This document shows positions 1 through 8,934 of a stretch of 64,000 nt of DNA, piece by piece. The stretch is from positions 3,568-67,567 of the IMG/VR virus record IMGVR_UViG_3300031993_000068; one strand, given 5' to 3'. Made by a program: the position numbers and the translations under genes. Numbering within the stretch: position 1 is the stretch's first letter; each line of letters opens with the position of its first letter. Below the pieces are notes generated by a model. It searched no databases. It had not been told where the DNA came from and was given only the letters and a program-made list of their open reading frames with translations. The stretch is from a virus. Lineage: Duplodnaviria; Caudoviricetes.

Positions 1-521
1 TCATCGACATGGAGGCGTGGTTCGGGGAGATGTCCGATGCCGTCATACCGTTCATAGAACAGTTCCTCAAGAAGAACAACGTCAACAAAAAGAACTTCAC
101 CTTCGATGCCAACGGACTCGGCGTGTGGCTCTCCACCAACTCCGCGTTCCGTGCGTCAAAGCCGTTCAACAACAAGAGTTCCGCGTCCGACCCGAAACTG
201 TGGAACAACCTCAAGTCCGAATCCGCCGAGAAATGGACACGCGAGGTCAAGCAAGGTATGTGGTCGATAGACTCGCGCATCCTTGACCGCAAGTTCACCG
301 ACCGCAAGGGACACACCTTCACCGTTAGGCAAAGGCTTGACGAGGAAAGGCTTGCCCTCAAGCGCAAGGAGGACACGGGCGCAAGGTTCGAGATAATCGA
401 CAAGCGGCAGATGAAGATAGAGGTGGGACACTCCCCCGACTTCATCGAAGGCTTGATAATGTTCATGCCTCTATACGAGGTTCACCAATCCCCTATCCGA
501 AAAGGTTTCAGTATCTGGTAA
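1..521 (+). CDS. terL: Terminase large subunit, C-terminal nuclease part (5'-truncated by window edge)
   Basis: Frame open from the window edge; FDANGLG and terminal GHSPDFIEGL motifs typical of TerL RNase H-like domains; directly upstream of portal. Confidence 0.75.
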   Translation, partial: IDMEAWFGEMSDAVIPFIEQFLKKNNVNKKNFTFDANGLGVWLSTNSAFRASKPFNNKSSASDPKLWNNLKSESAEKWTREVKQGMWSIDSRILDRKFTDRKGHTFTVRQRLDEERLALKRKEDTGARFEIIDKRQMKIEVGHSPDFIEGLIMFMPLYEVHQSPIRKGFSIW

Positions 522-532
522 TATACATAATT

Positions 533-2023
533 ATGCTCACAATCAATCAAATCCTCACCAAAGAGCCGTTTGTCCGCATGATGCCCTCGGCAACCGACCT
601 GCCCACGGAGAAGGTCAACTATACGAGAGTGTCGCAAGCGGAGTTCATGCGCGAGTACAACCCATCCTCGCACAAGATAAACTCGCTCAAGTATTATCCC
701 AACTTGCTCTTCATCGACCAAAGCAAGTCGAAGAAAGAGGCTAAAATCCGTTCCCGTATCGCCGTGGCGTGGCAGAGGCGCATCCACACCAAGCGCACGG
801 TCGCACTCACGGGATACGACCCCGATGTCACATCGTCCAAGTCCAAGTCCGACGAGAGGTCGCAGCAGAACCTCGCCAACTTCAAGGAAGGATGGTCTAT
901 CAAGGGCATGGACACCGCCGTGCATCTCGCCATCAAGGATGACCTCATGGTCGGCGATGTCGCCATCTGCGGATTCAAGTCGGACGGACGCTTCGGCTAC
1001 CGTATCTTCTCCTACGCCAAGGGGGACACGCTCTATCCGCATTTCGACCCGATGACGGGCGAACTTGACACCTTCGGACGCACCTTCCTGCGTGACATCC
1101 CCGTCCCCGACAGCGAGGGACAGTACGAGACCGTCACCTACCTCGATGTGTGGACGAAGGAATACTATGTGCAGTATCGGAGTGCCGCCCCGTGGGAAAT
1201 CACCGCACTCAATGCCGGTGGGTGGATAGTATCGTCACCGATGCGTCCCCACGCCTTCCCGTTCTGCCCCGTGGCATACCACCGCTACGGTGCGCCTTGT
1301 TGGGACGGAAGCCAGTCGCTCATAGAGGCACACGAACTTGCGATGTCGCAACTCGCCGAGAACAACGCGCAGTACGCCCTGCGTATCCTCTACGCCCTCG
1401 GTGCGGAGTTCGAGATGGAAGGCAGCGTGGACGGAACACCGCGCACCATCAACTCCACCGACCCCAATGCCAAGGTGGGATTCCTGGAGCCAGCCGAGAA
1501 GTCGGGGTCATACGAGCTTCAAATCGGCAAACTCGAAAAAGAAATCATGCGTTGCTCGTTTGCGGTCGAAACCCCTGAACTCAAGAGTGGCGCGGACATA
1601 TCCTCGCTGACCGTCAAGACGCTCCAGCAGGACTCGTACCTCAAGGCCGTGGATGATGCCAAGGAGTACCAGGCGTTCCTTGACACCATCGTCCGCATCT
1701 TCATCGAGGGGTACGGCACGGAGGTCGGGATGATTCCAGAGTTCAAGGCACTCAACATCCGTGTGACGCTTCAGCCGTGGACATTCATGGCCGAAACGGA
1801 AATCGTCAACACCGTGGTACAACTCGTGTCCATCGGCGTACTGTCCAAGCGGTCGGCAACGGAGTATGTGTACGAAACGCTCGGACTCGGTAGCCTTGAC
1901 GAAGCCAAGCGGTTGCTCCAGCAGGAGCATGACGAACTCATGGGCGAGGCGCAGAAGGAAGGCTTGGAGGCGCAGACCAACAACCCCGTCAATAACGCGA
2001 GGAAAGCACAAGCCGCCGTATGA
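533..2023 (+). CDS. Phage portal protein (SPP1-like)
   Basis: 496 aa, between TerL and head morphogenesis gene; PFCPVAY.R, SQSLIEAHELAMSQLA and GADISS patterns of portals. Confidence 0.8.
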   Translation: MLTINQILTKEPFVRMMPSATDLPTEKVNYTRVSQAEFMREYNPSSHKINSLKYYPNLLFIDQSKSKKEAKIRSRIAVAWQRRIHTKRTVALTGYDPDVTSSKSKSDERSQQNLANFKEGWSIKGMDTAVHLAIKDDLMVGDVAICGFKSDGRFGYRIFSYAKGDTLYPHFDPMTGELDTFGRTFLRDIPVPDSEGQYETVTYLDVWTKEYYVQYRSAAPWEITALNAGGWIVSSPMRPHAFPFCPVAYHRYGAPCWDGSQSLIEAHELAMSQLAENNAQYALRILYALGAEFEMEGSVDGTPRTINSTDPNAKVGFLEPAEKSGSYELQIGKLEKEIMRCSFAVETPELKSGADISSLTVKTLQQDSYLKAVDDAKEYQAFLDTIVRIFIEGYGTEVGMIPEFKALNIRVTLQPWTFMAETEIVNTVVQLVSIGVLSKRSATEYVYETLGLGSLDEAKRLLQQEHDELMGEAQKEGLEAQTNNPVNNARKAQAAV

Positions 2024-2796
2024 CAATAGATGAAGTAACAAAGTACCTTGTCGGCATCAAGGGGCGCGTCACGGCTGAAACGCTCGAAACCATAAGGCAG
2101 ATACTCGTCCTCACACGCGAGTATTCGTTCCTCGGTGAGCGTTTCACCTTCGATGCGTCATCGGACTTGTCAGAGCAAGTCAACGCGCTCCTGATACAAC
2201 TCTCGGACGCGATGCTCGACGAGGCCGACAAGCGTACACTCAAGACCATAGAGAATGAAGATGACAACGACACCGTACTTGCCTACATTCACCGTGAGCG
2301 TAACGGAGAAACCGATGTCGAAAGAATGGATCGTCACGCAAGTGCGCTCCGGTTTCTCCTTGAAGGATACCTCGCCGTGTCCTTTGCGAATAAACTTACC
2401 AACGCGGACATCTTAGGCGATGTCTTGCGCTTCTTGAGCAATCCGTGGGGGTGGGAGCCGATGCGCGAGGCGATGAAGAATCCCGAAAGGTGGACTACCG
2501 ATGTCATCCGTGGACTCCACCCTGGGCGCGGAAACGCCACCAACCCCATTGACGCGATGACCAACATGATACAGTACGAGGTGTTGGAGGGGTACAACCG
2601 TGGTCGGCTCCTGGAGTTCGGACGCGACCCCGACATCGTGGGGTATCGTGTGGAGCGCGGAAGCTCGTATGACTGCGAGGTGTGCGACGAAGCCGTGGCG
2701 GGCAGTCCGTACCCGTTGGATGTCCAAATATTACCAAGACATCCCAGATGCTGTTGTATAGCAGTACCCGTTCGGGCATCGGAGTTAGGACTTTGA
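2020..2796 (+). CDS. Head morphogenesis protein (SPP1 gp7 / Mu gpF-like)
   Basis: Overlaps portal stop; C-terminal CEVCD...LPRHPRCCC motif. Confidence 0.8.
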   Translation: MTIDEVTKYLVGIKGRVTAETLETIRQILVLTREYSFLGERFTFDASSDLSEQVNALLIQLSDAMLDEADKRTLKTIENEDDNDTVLAYIHRERNGETDVERMDRHASALRFLLEGYLAVSFANKLTNADILGDVLRFLSNPWGWEPMREAMKNPERWTTDVIRGLHPGRGNATNPIDAMTNMIQYEVLEGYNRGRLLEFGRDPDIVGYRVERGSSYDCEVCDEAVAGSPYPLDVQILPRHPRCCCIAVPVRASELGL

Positions 2797-3531
2797 CCAA
2801 ATGTAGCCACTATGGTAGATAGAGCCTCCTTCCTTGAGTTTAGTAAAGAGAATGTAGTGGGGAACATTCGTTTCTCTTATAGCCTCTCTCGTGGAGGCAT
2901 ATTCTCTCACCAAATTACCAGAAAGGTCATATTGGCGTATAGGCATCTTCTTTCCATAGCGGTAATGATTCTTCGCATTAACCCACTCCACTCGCTCACG
3001 CAAGGACTCAGAAAGGTTTGGATCGTCCGCATAAAGCCAAATGCTACCTTGGTATGTCCTCACCAATCCTTGACAACAACGGATGATGCAGGACGGGTCA
3101 ATGGATTTATCTCTTGCGACAACATTCATCCCTCGCCACTCGGCTATCAGGTTGCCATCGTAGTCATACTGATTGAAGTTCTTTTTAAGTGGCTCTCTAC
3201 CCCTCTCTGCGCCCGTACCATAGTGGACATTGTACCAATGAGTACACCACTCCAAGTTGTCAACACGGTTGTTGGTCTTATCCTCATCCTTGTGGTTTAT
3301 CTCTGGGAGATTGTCGGGATTAGGTATAAAAGCCTCCGCAACAAGGCGATGTATCTTGCAATAATGCCTTTTACCACCGTAGCGGAGGTCAATTTGCAGA
3401 TACCCTTTCCTGCCGACGCTTGGTTTCATAAAACCACCACTACTACCCCTGCGGAAAGTAGTCTTGACTCGTCCGAAGTTGCTAATCTTGTAGATGCCTT
3501 CGGGGTCGATGTTTTTCCAAATTTCTTCCAT
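2785..3531 (-). CDS. NUMOD4-HNH homing endonuclease with C-terminal NUMOD1-like repeats
   Basis: EEIWKNI..YKISNFGRV (NUMOD4), IHRLVAEAFIPNPDNLPEINHKDEDKTNNRVDNLEWC (HNH), two QYD..GNL repeats; likely ATG at 3531. Confidence 0.9.
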   Translation of the reverse strand: MEEIWKNIDPEGIYKISNFGRVKTTFRRGSSGGFMKPSVGRKGYLQIDLRYGGKRHYCKIHRLVAEAFIPNPDNLPEINHKDEDKTNNRVDNLEWCTHWYNVHYGTGAERGREPLKKNFNQYDYDGNLIAEWRGMNVVARDKSIDPSCIIRCCQGLVRTYQGSIWLYADDPNLSESLRERVEWVNAKNHYRYGKKMPIRQYDLSGNLVREYASTREAIRETNVPHYILFTKLKEGGSIYHSGYIWSKS

Positions 3532-3656
3532 TTCTCTTGGCCTAAAAAAAGAAACGGGGCATACTGTCGCGGACTCGGCCAAGAGATGATACTATCACGC
3601 AACAATAGCCCCATTATGGGTCTATCAACTATTCTCTTGGCAAGACCAAGATACAA

Positions 3657-3688
3657 CAAATGTACAACTTTTCCCAATGATTTAGCAA
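3657..3688 (-). promoter_or_regulatory. Bacteroidota sigma-A promoter for the HNH gene
   Basis: Minus strand TTG (3686-3688), 21-nt gap, TACATTTG (3657-3664). Confidence 0.55.
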
Positions 3689-3710
3689 CTTTATTGTAAC
3701 AAAATTGTAT

Positions 3711-3959
3711 ATGGAACAGAAAACATTTATCAAAAGACTTGCGATTTGGACGGCGATAGTCGCCGCAGTCATCATCGCCCTCATCGGACTCGGATGGGGC
3801 AAGGTCATCGAAGGCAACCTCTTCGCGGAAATCGCCAAGTGGATTGTCATGGGAATCGTGGTCATCGGTATCCTTGAGGGATTCATCTTCATGGGTGTCG
3901 GTGGAGTCCTTTATCACCATTGGTATGACAAACGGCCTCCTAGGATTGACCAGAACTGA
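3711..3959 (+). CDS. Small two-TM membrane protein (paralog of 39778-40167)
   Basis: Two hydrophobic helices; 32/44 N-terminal residues identical to the 39778-40167 product. Confidence 0.7.
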   Translation: MEQKTFIKRLAIWTAIVAAVIIALIGLGWGKVIEGNLFAEIAKWIVMGIVVIGILEGFIFMGVGGVLYHHWYDKRPPRIDQN

Positions 3960-4173
3960 CGGACTTCTCCACATCGAGACATCCGCGATTATCTGCACCG
4001 TCCTCACCGCCGTCCTGCCGTGGTGGGGCGCATCCGCTATCACACTCGCCATCGGTGTCGGGAAGGAGTTGTGGGACAAGTACCATGACGGCGCGGCCAC
4101 TTGGCACGACATCATCTGCGATGTCATCGGCATCCTGCTCGGACTCGCCTTGACGCTGATACATATCGTGTAA
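3925..4173 (+). CDS. Small membrane protein (VanZ/YfiM-like)
   Basis: DGLLH...GVGKELWDK...WHDIICD pattern, hydrophobic. Confidence 0.6.
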   Translation: MTNGLLGLTRTDGLLHIETSAIICTVLTAVLPWWGASAITLAIGVGKELWDKYHDGAATWHDIICDVIGILLGLALTLIHIV

Positions 4174-4192
4174 CCGACACGGACTTGACAAC

Positions 4193-4227
4193 GAAAGGGC
4201 GTAACCATCACGGCTGCGCCCTTTCTT
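4193..4227. terminator. Bidirectional intrinsic terminator
   Basis: Stem GAAAGGGCG/CGCCCTTTC between convergent genes. Confidence 0.7.
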
Positions 4228-4271
4228 CACTACATTACATGGCTAAAAAAACACTAAAACGCAAGAAAAGG

Positions 4272-5114
4272 TTATTCCTTGAAATCTAATCCTATCTTAA
4301 AGTAGTCCTCCAAGTATTTCTTCGTGTCAAGTGTCAACTCTGGGAACAACGGAGAATTGACCTCGTTCCGAAACTCCTCAAGGGACTTGCAAAACATCTT
4401 CATATAAAGCGCATCGTACACGGTGGCGAAGTCCTTGCGCGTCTTGGAATCGGGATGCGATAGCCACCACTTGTTGTAGGCACTCGCCCAAGCCTTGAAC
4501 ATCTTGGGGTATTTCACGAAGTCAGCCTTGCCCTTATCGTACTGCAAGGGGCATCCGATACAACCCACGCGCCTTTCAACATGGAAAGTACCATCGGCAT
4601 CGTAGTAGTGAGGGTGGCACTTGATACCCCGTTCGTGGATAAACCTCTCAACATCCTCGTTCGTCCATTCAAGGATGGGAAGGTACACCTTCACTTTCTC
4701 CTTGGCAGAATAGACACGGCAGACCTCCGGCTCCTTGTACCGCTTCGCCCTTGCCGTTGACTCCGACTTGCGGATGCCTTGGACTGCGCGGTCATAGACC
4801 TTGTACTCCTTGAGGGCCTTGCAACAAAAGCGCATCCACCTTGACGGCCATCCCATCTTCTCAATGAGTTGGAGCATCGTCTTGTCGGGATTGACAATCT
4901 CTGCGCCCATCTCCTTGGCGTGGGCGATAGACCCAGGGCGGTCAATGGATGTGTTCTTATACACCGCCACATAGGGTATCTTCGCCATCTTCGCAAGTTC
5001 CAATATCACATCGGAGTCCTTGCCCGTGGAGTACGAAATCTCTATCGGCCCATCCGTTGTCGGGATGGACTGTAAGAGCCGTATCGCAGAGTCTATCTTA
5101 TGCTTGTAGTCCAC
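4272..5114 (-). CDS. PAPS reductase-family (PP-loop) protein 1
   Basis: SYSTGKDS, RFCCKALKE, GIRKSES..R and RVGCIGCP motifs. Confidence 0.85.
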   Translation of the reverse strand: MDYKHKIDSAIRLLQSIPTTDGPIEISYSTGKDSDVILELAKMAKIPYVAVYKNTSIDRPGSIAHAKEMGAEIVNPDKTMLQLIEKMGWPSRWMRFCCKALKEYKVYDRAVQGIRKSESTARAKRYKEPEVCRVYSAKEKVKVYLPILEWTNEDVERFIHERGIKCHPHYYDADGTFHVERRVGCIGCPLQYDKGKADFVKYPKMFKAWASAYNKWWLSHPDSKTRKDFATVYDALYMKMFCKSLEEFRNEVNSPLFPELTLDTKKYLEDYFKIGLDFKE

Positions 5115-5238
5115 TATTCGTCAAAATCGAAGTATATCTCCCATAGAAGCCACGAGAAGCAGAGCGTATGGGTGAAACGCCACCAACTTATCGTGGGAAG
5201 GAACTCAATCAATCCCGTGTGCTTTGTCCCGTGGCAAG

Positions 5239-6403
5239 TCATATCTCATCATCAAATAATGTGGGCATCTCCATTTTGGCTTTGAACACTTCCCAAGAGT
5301 CATGGGTCAGCCACCAATTAAACAATATCTCGGCAGACAAACTCACCCCGGCTTCTCCTTGTCCTCCGCACTTAGGGAGGCTCCTCCGTTGTTTGGCTTC
5401 CTCGTACACTCGCATCTTCGTGTATTGGGTTGCCCTTTCTCGGTACATTCGGAGAGGTTGGTTTGTAGTTGTACTGCCATCTCCTTGAACTTGTCGGGAC
5501 GGAAGGAGTGGTAAGTTGCCCCCCCCCCTGCTCTTGAACACTTCTCCTGTATTCTGGAGTGTACCCCCCCCCTATGAAATATTCAAAGACCTCAAGCCAC
5601 TTCTTCTTGGCATAAGGGTAGAGTTCGATGTCGCGGAGTTTGTTCTTGTAGTTGGACATCGGACAAAGGATGCAACCAATCCTCGTGCGGTTATAGGGAG
5701 GGTCATACAATTCACAATGGGGGACTTCCACAATCTTGTTGAGGAAAGTCCACACATCAGCATCACGCCACTCGATAATCGGATTCACGATGATGGAGTC
5801 CTTGCCGTTGATGCACCGCACCTCTTGTTTTGCGTCACGCGAGAACTCGTCTTGATTGACATTCTTGAGTTTCTTGGCAATCTTCTCCTCGCTCCAATCA
5901 AAGAAGTCCTCAATCGTCCCTGCGAACTTGTGTCCCGACACCTCCACCTCTTTGCGTTGCGCCCTCTTGACGGATTCGGCATGGCGCACACCCGTAAGCG
6001 TGACTTTCCCTGCTCCTGCCGTTTCCTTGAACTTGGCACAACACCAACGCAGTTTCATGGTGGGAACCATCCCCATCTCCTTCGCCACTTGGTACATACT
6101 CTTGTCCACCTTCTCAAACTCCACATCGGGGTAGTTGCGCTTGATGAACTTTATGAGTTGCGGAGGGTCAACCGTTGTGGGCGAGAAATGCGCCCTAAAT
6201 TGAACGCCAGCGAGGACGGCTATATGATATAGCGTCTGACTGTCTTTGCCACCGCTAAACGCAAGGAAATAGCCGTTATCGGGGTCATATCGCTTGGCAA
6301 GCCGTTCGCCTTTCCGTAACAACGCCACAGACTGCTCTATCCGATAGCGCATCTGCGGAGTGGCTTTCGCCAAGGCTTGCTCGTATGTTACGGGAGTGGT
6401 CAT
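5239..6403 (-). CDS. PAPS reductase-family protein 2; as written ends at 5372, with the probable C-terminus (5239-5541) out of frame behind G9/G10 tracts
   Basis: AFSGGKDS, RWCCAKFKE, GVRHAES..R, RIGCILCP; start 6403 overlaps the ThyX-like stop; C10 at 5519-5528 and C9 at 5564-5572 on +. Confidence 0.8.
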
Positions 6404-6936
6404 AAGCCGACAAAGATTAACTCCTCCGCAAGCGGAAGGGTGTGTACCCAAGCGATGAACTCATGCCATTCGGGAAGGCGGTGGTTGGCGCGTTGGCGGC
6501 AGATGTTCCGAAGGCATTGGTACGAGAACATATCTATCTTCGTCAACTCCTTTCCCATCGGGATCTCCGACTTTGCCTTCTGCAACTCCTCGCCCTGGAG
6601 TCCCTTGCAGTCGATGTGCATGGTACTCTCGGAGCAAAGCCGTTCGTGTCCGGCGCGATAACATTCTGCCTCACACCAAAAAAAGACGGGGGCGGTAATC
6701 CTCGCCCAGACCACAACGCCACGCATGACCTTGGCGTGTTCGTCGCCGTTCTTGATGAGTGTCTGCAACAACTCTATGTCCTTGGGATGGGGCGTGACAA
6801 GACCGCCGTAGTTCACGGTCTCGCCCTCCATAAAGAAGTCCGATGCGCCCTTGACCCTCGGTGCTTTCCCAAACGGAAGGCGCAGAGCCAGGAACATCGG
6901 CATAAAGCCACCAACCTCTATCGTCTGTATCGTCAT
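6400..6936 (-). CDS. ThyX-like (flavin-dependent thymidylate synthase-related) phage protein
   Basis: EHAKVMR, SESTMH and RQRANHRLPEW motifs of phage ThyX-like proteins. Confidence 0.65.
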   Translation of the reverse strand: MTIQTIEVGGFMPMFLALRLPFGKAPRVKGASDFFMEGETVNYGGLVTPHPKDIELLQTLIKNGDEHAKVMRGVVVWARITAPVFFWCEAECYRAGHERLCSESTMHIDCKGLQGEELQKAKSEIPMGKELTKIDMFSYQCLRNICRQRANHRLPEWHEFIAWVHTLPLAEELIFVGL

Positions 6937-7055
6937 ATACTCTTTTGTAAAAGGCTTGCGGAATCCGCTTCTTATCGAATTTCAACGCTTTTGGAGCAGC
7001 CAACGGTATTCGCCATATCTGGTATCTTTGGGGTTTCCCCACTCCGCAAAGCCTA

Positions 7056-7232
7056 TTATAACTCTATCTCGCTGACATCAACCCACACATCCTTGGCAAT
7101 CTCCACGCGCATCTCCTTACCTTGCTTGTCGGAACTCACCGTCAAGGCGTTCAGCACTCGCACCCTCTCACCTCGGAAGGTCACAACATCGCCAATCTTC
7201 ACGCGCTTGGAATAGAACTCACTTGCCGTCAT
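7056..7232 (-). CDS. Hypothetical protein (58 aa)
   Basis: Hand-translated MTASEFYSKRVKIGDVVTF...; co-oriented with the operon. Confidence 0.55.
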   Translation of the reverse strand: MTASEFYSKRVKIGDVVTFRGERVRVLNALTVSSDKQGKEMRVEIAKDVWVDVSEIEL

Positions 7233-7385
7233 ATCTGCGGTTTTCCAAAAAATTTAGCATATACCAAATCTGCGTGGGCCGTTATACTTTCGACAACAGC
7301 ATCGGCTATATGCTTTGGCACAACATCTTGTTGCTTACCCTCTGCCGGGACAAAGCACATCGTCCAAGGGTCAAGCCTTGTTATC

Positions 7386-7685
7386 TTACTTGCCCCCTTC
7401 GCTTCCATCGCTCATCGCCTTTGAACCCATCTCAAGGTCGCGGAGAATTTTAGGACTATCAATGTCGCCAACAAGAGGCTTAATCGGGGAATCCATACGC
7501 TTGTACCCAAGCACCAAGTCGCGTACTTGCTTATACAACTTCTCGCGCATCGGGAAAGACACAGTTCCAATGCAAGGTATATCCATTCCACGGTCTATCA
7601 TCGTGGACAACTGCGTCATAAAATGCTCGTACTCCGACAAGGTGGCGCGGAGATTCAGCATCACTTGTAACTCTTCGGGACTCAT
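7386..7685 (-). CDS. Hypothetical protein
   Basis: 99 aa; 4-nt overlap with neighbour. Confidence 0.6.
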   Translation of the reverse strand: MSPEELQVMLNLRATLSEYEHFMTQLSTMIDRGMDIPCIGTVSFPMREKLYKQVRDLVLGYKRMDSPIKPLVGDIDSPKILRDLEMGSKAMSDGSEGGK

Positions 7686-8098
7686 TCCAAGCCCTCCTCC
7701 TTTCGCGCCTCCACCTCGGCCTCGTGCAACTCCATCTCCTCGCGCAGAATCTTCGCATCCTCCTCGGCACTCAAGTCATCCTTCAAGCCGTACAAGTCCT
7801 TGTGGCGATTCAAGCAAGCCGTCACCGCCTTGTGGACATCCGTCATCAACTCGATGTCGGGAACGCAACAAATGAGATTCCACATCGTCGCGGCATAGTT
7901 GCCCAGGAAGTTCTCACCACCATCGTCCATTATCTCCGACATCATAACACCCGCCATAAGCGTATTGCTCACGCGAAGCGACATCAACCCACCGATGTCT
8001 TGCAACTTGTAGTGCGCCTTCTCGCGGTGGTAAACGAAATTGCCGACCCGACGGTCGCCGGTCTCCAACTTGACCTTGCCTTTCTTTGTAACTTTCAT
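7682..8098 (-). CDS. Hypothetical protein
   Basis: 138 aa, operon-packed. Confidence 0.65.
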   Translation of the reverse strand: MKVTKKGKVKLETGDRRVGNFVYHREKAHYKLQDIGGLMSLRVSNTLMAGVMMSEIMDDGGENFLGNYAATMWNLICCVPDIELMTDVHKAVTACLNRHKDLYGLKDDLSAEEDAKILREEMELHEAEVEARKEEGLE

Positions 8099-8101
8099 AT
8101 C

Positions 8102-8494
8102 CTATTCGGTATCTCCAGAGGGCGAGATGTCCTCCGTTTCGATTTTGTCATAGTACAAGTCATAGAACATCGTAGTGATGTAGCCGATGCAGTACGCCCA
8201 TGCCTCCTCGTCCTCGATGCCACGCGGATGCAACACCCGACAAGCGACATGGAATATCTCGTGCGCCACCATCGGAGGGGTCGGCTCGTCCTTGAAGAGC
8301 GTGAGGACATTTATGGGGTCGGGGTTAATCGTCAGCGCACCCGCCATATCCTCGTCCATGTACTTCTTGATACCATCCCGACAAGCATCGGTGGTGGCGC
8401 ACTCTTCGAGGAAGGCATCAATCTCCTTCTTGTTGGTGTCCCATCCGAAAGAGATGCAACACCCGTATATGTCCAAACTGAATCCTTTAATCAT
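8102..8494 (-). CDS. Putative zincin-like metallopeptidase domain protein
   Basis: VAHEIFH (HExxH) followed by EEAWAY. Confidence 0.55.
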   Translation of the reverse strand: MIKGFSLDIYGCCISFGWDTNKKEIDAFLEECATTDACRDGIKKYMDEDMAGALTINPDPINVLTLFKDEPTPPMVAHEIFHVACRVLHPRGIEDEEAWAYCIGYITTMFYDLYYDKIETEDISPSGDTE

Positions 8495-8724
8495 TTCTCC
8501 TTGAACCAAACACTCACACCATCACGACGGTCAAACGAAGAACAAGCCAAGTATTCGGGACAGTTCTTGTTAGCAAAAGCACAACCCATACAAGCCTCAC
8601 GAGGAAATACCACCTCACCACGCAACACAACCTCGTAACGAATACCCGCCAACTCAAAGTAATCACCCACCGCAATCGTCCGTCGCGGCGGGGTCGAACT
8701 CCGTATGCTCTTCGTTCTCGACAT
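8491..8724 (-). CDS. Hypothetical Cys-rich protein
   Basis: CMGCAF...CPEYLACS; ATGA overlap with next gene. Confidence 0.55.
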   Translation of the reverse strand: MSRTKSIRSSTPPRRTIAVGDYFELAGIRYEVVLRGEVVFPREACMGCAFANKNCPEYLACSSFDRRDGVSVWFKEK

Positions 8725-8791
8725 CTTGACGCAAATATAAATCACCAATCACAATAAACCTACAATAAACATTGAAATTGTTGATAACTTA

Positions 8792-8824
8792 TTGCAAAAC
8801 TTTGCTATAACCGCCGTATCTTTG
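8792..8824 (+). promoter_or_regulatory. Promoter for replication initiator gene
   Basis: TTG 8792-8794 and TATCTTTG 8817-8824. Confidence 0.55.
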
Positions 8825-8934
8825 CAACAGTTCTATCGGAATACGGGGATAGGACGGAGTAATTAACCGTCCGACAAGGGTATCACGGGCCTTTCCCCGA
8901 TTCTTTTAACAACCCGTGATAACATACCCGTGAA

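Noticed and set aside
2812-3699. Long antisense ORFs (e.g. 2812-3699, 7724-8638, 42022-42945, 52417-53529, 55520-56680)
   Set aside because: Shadow frames opposite well-supported genes, with no recognisable motifs.
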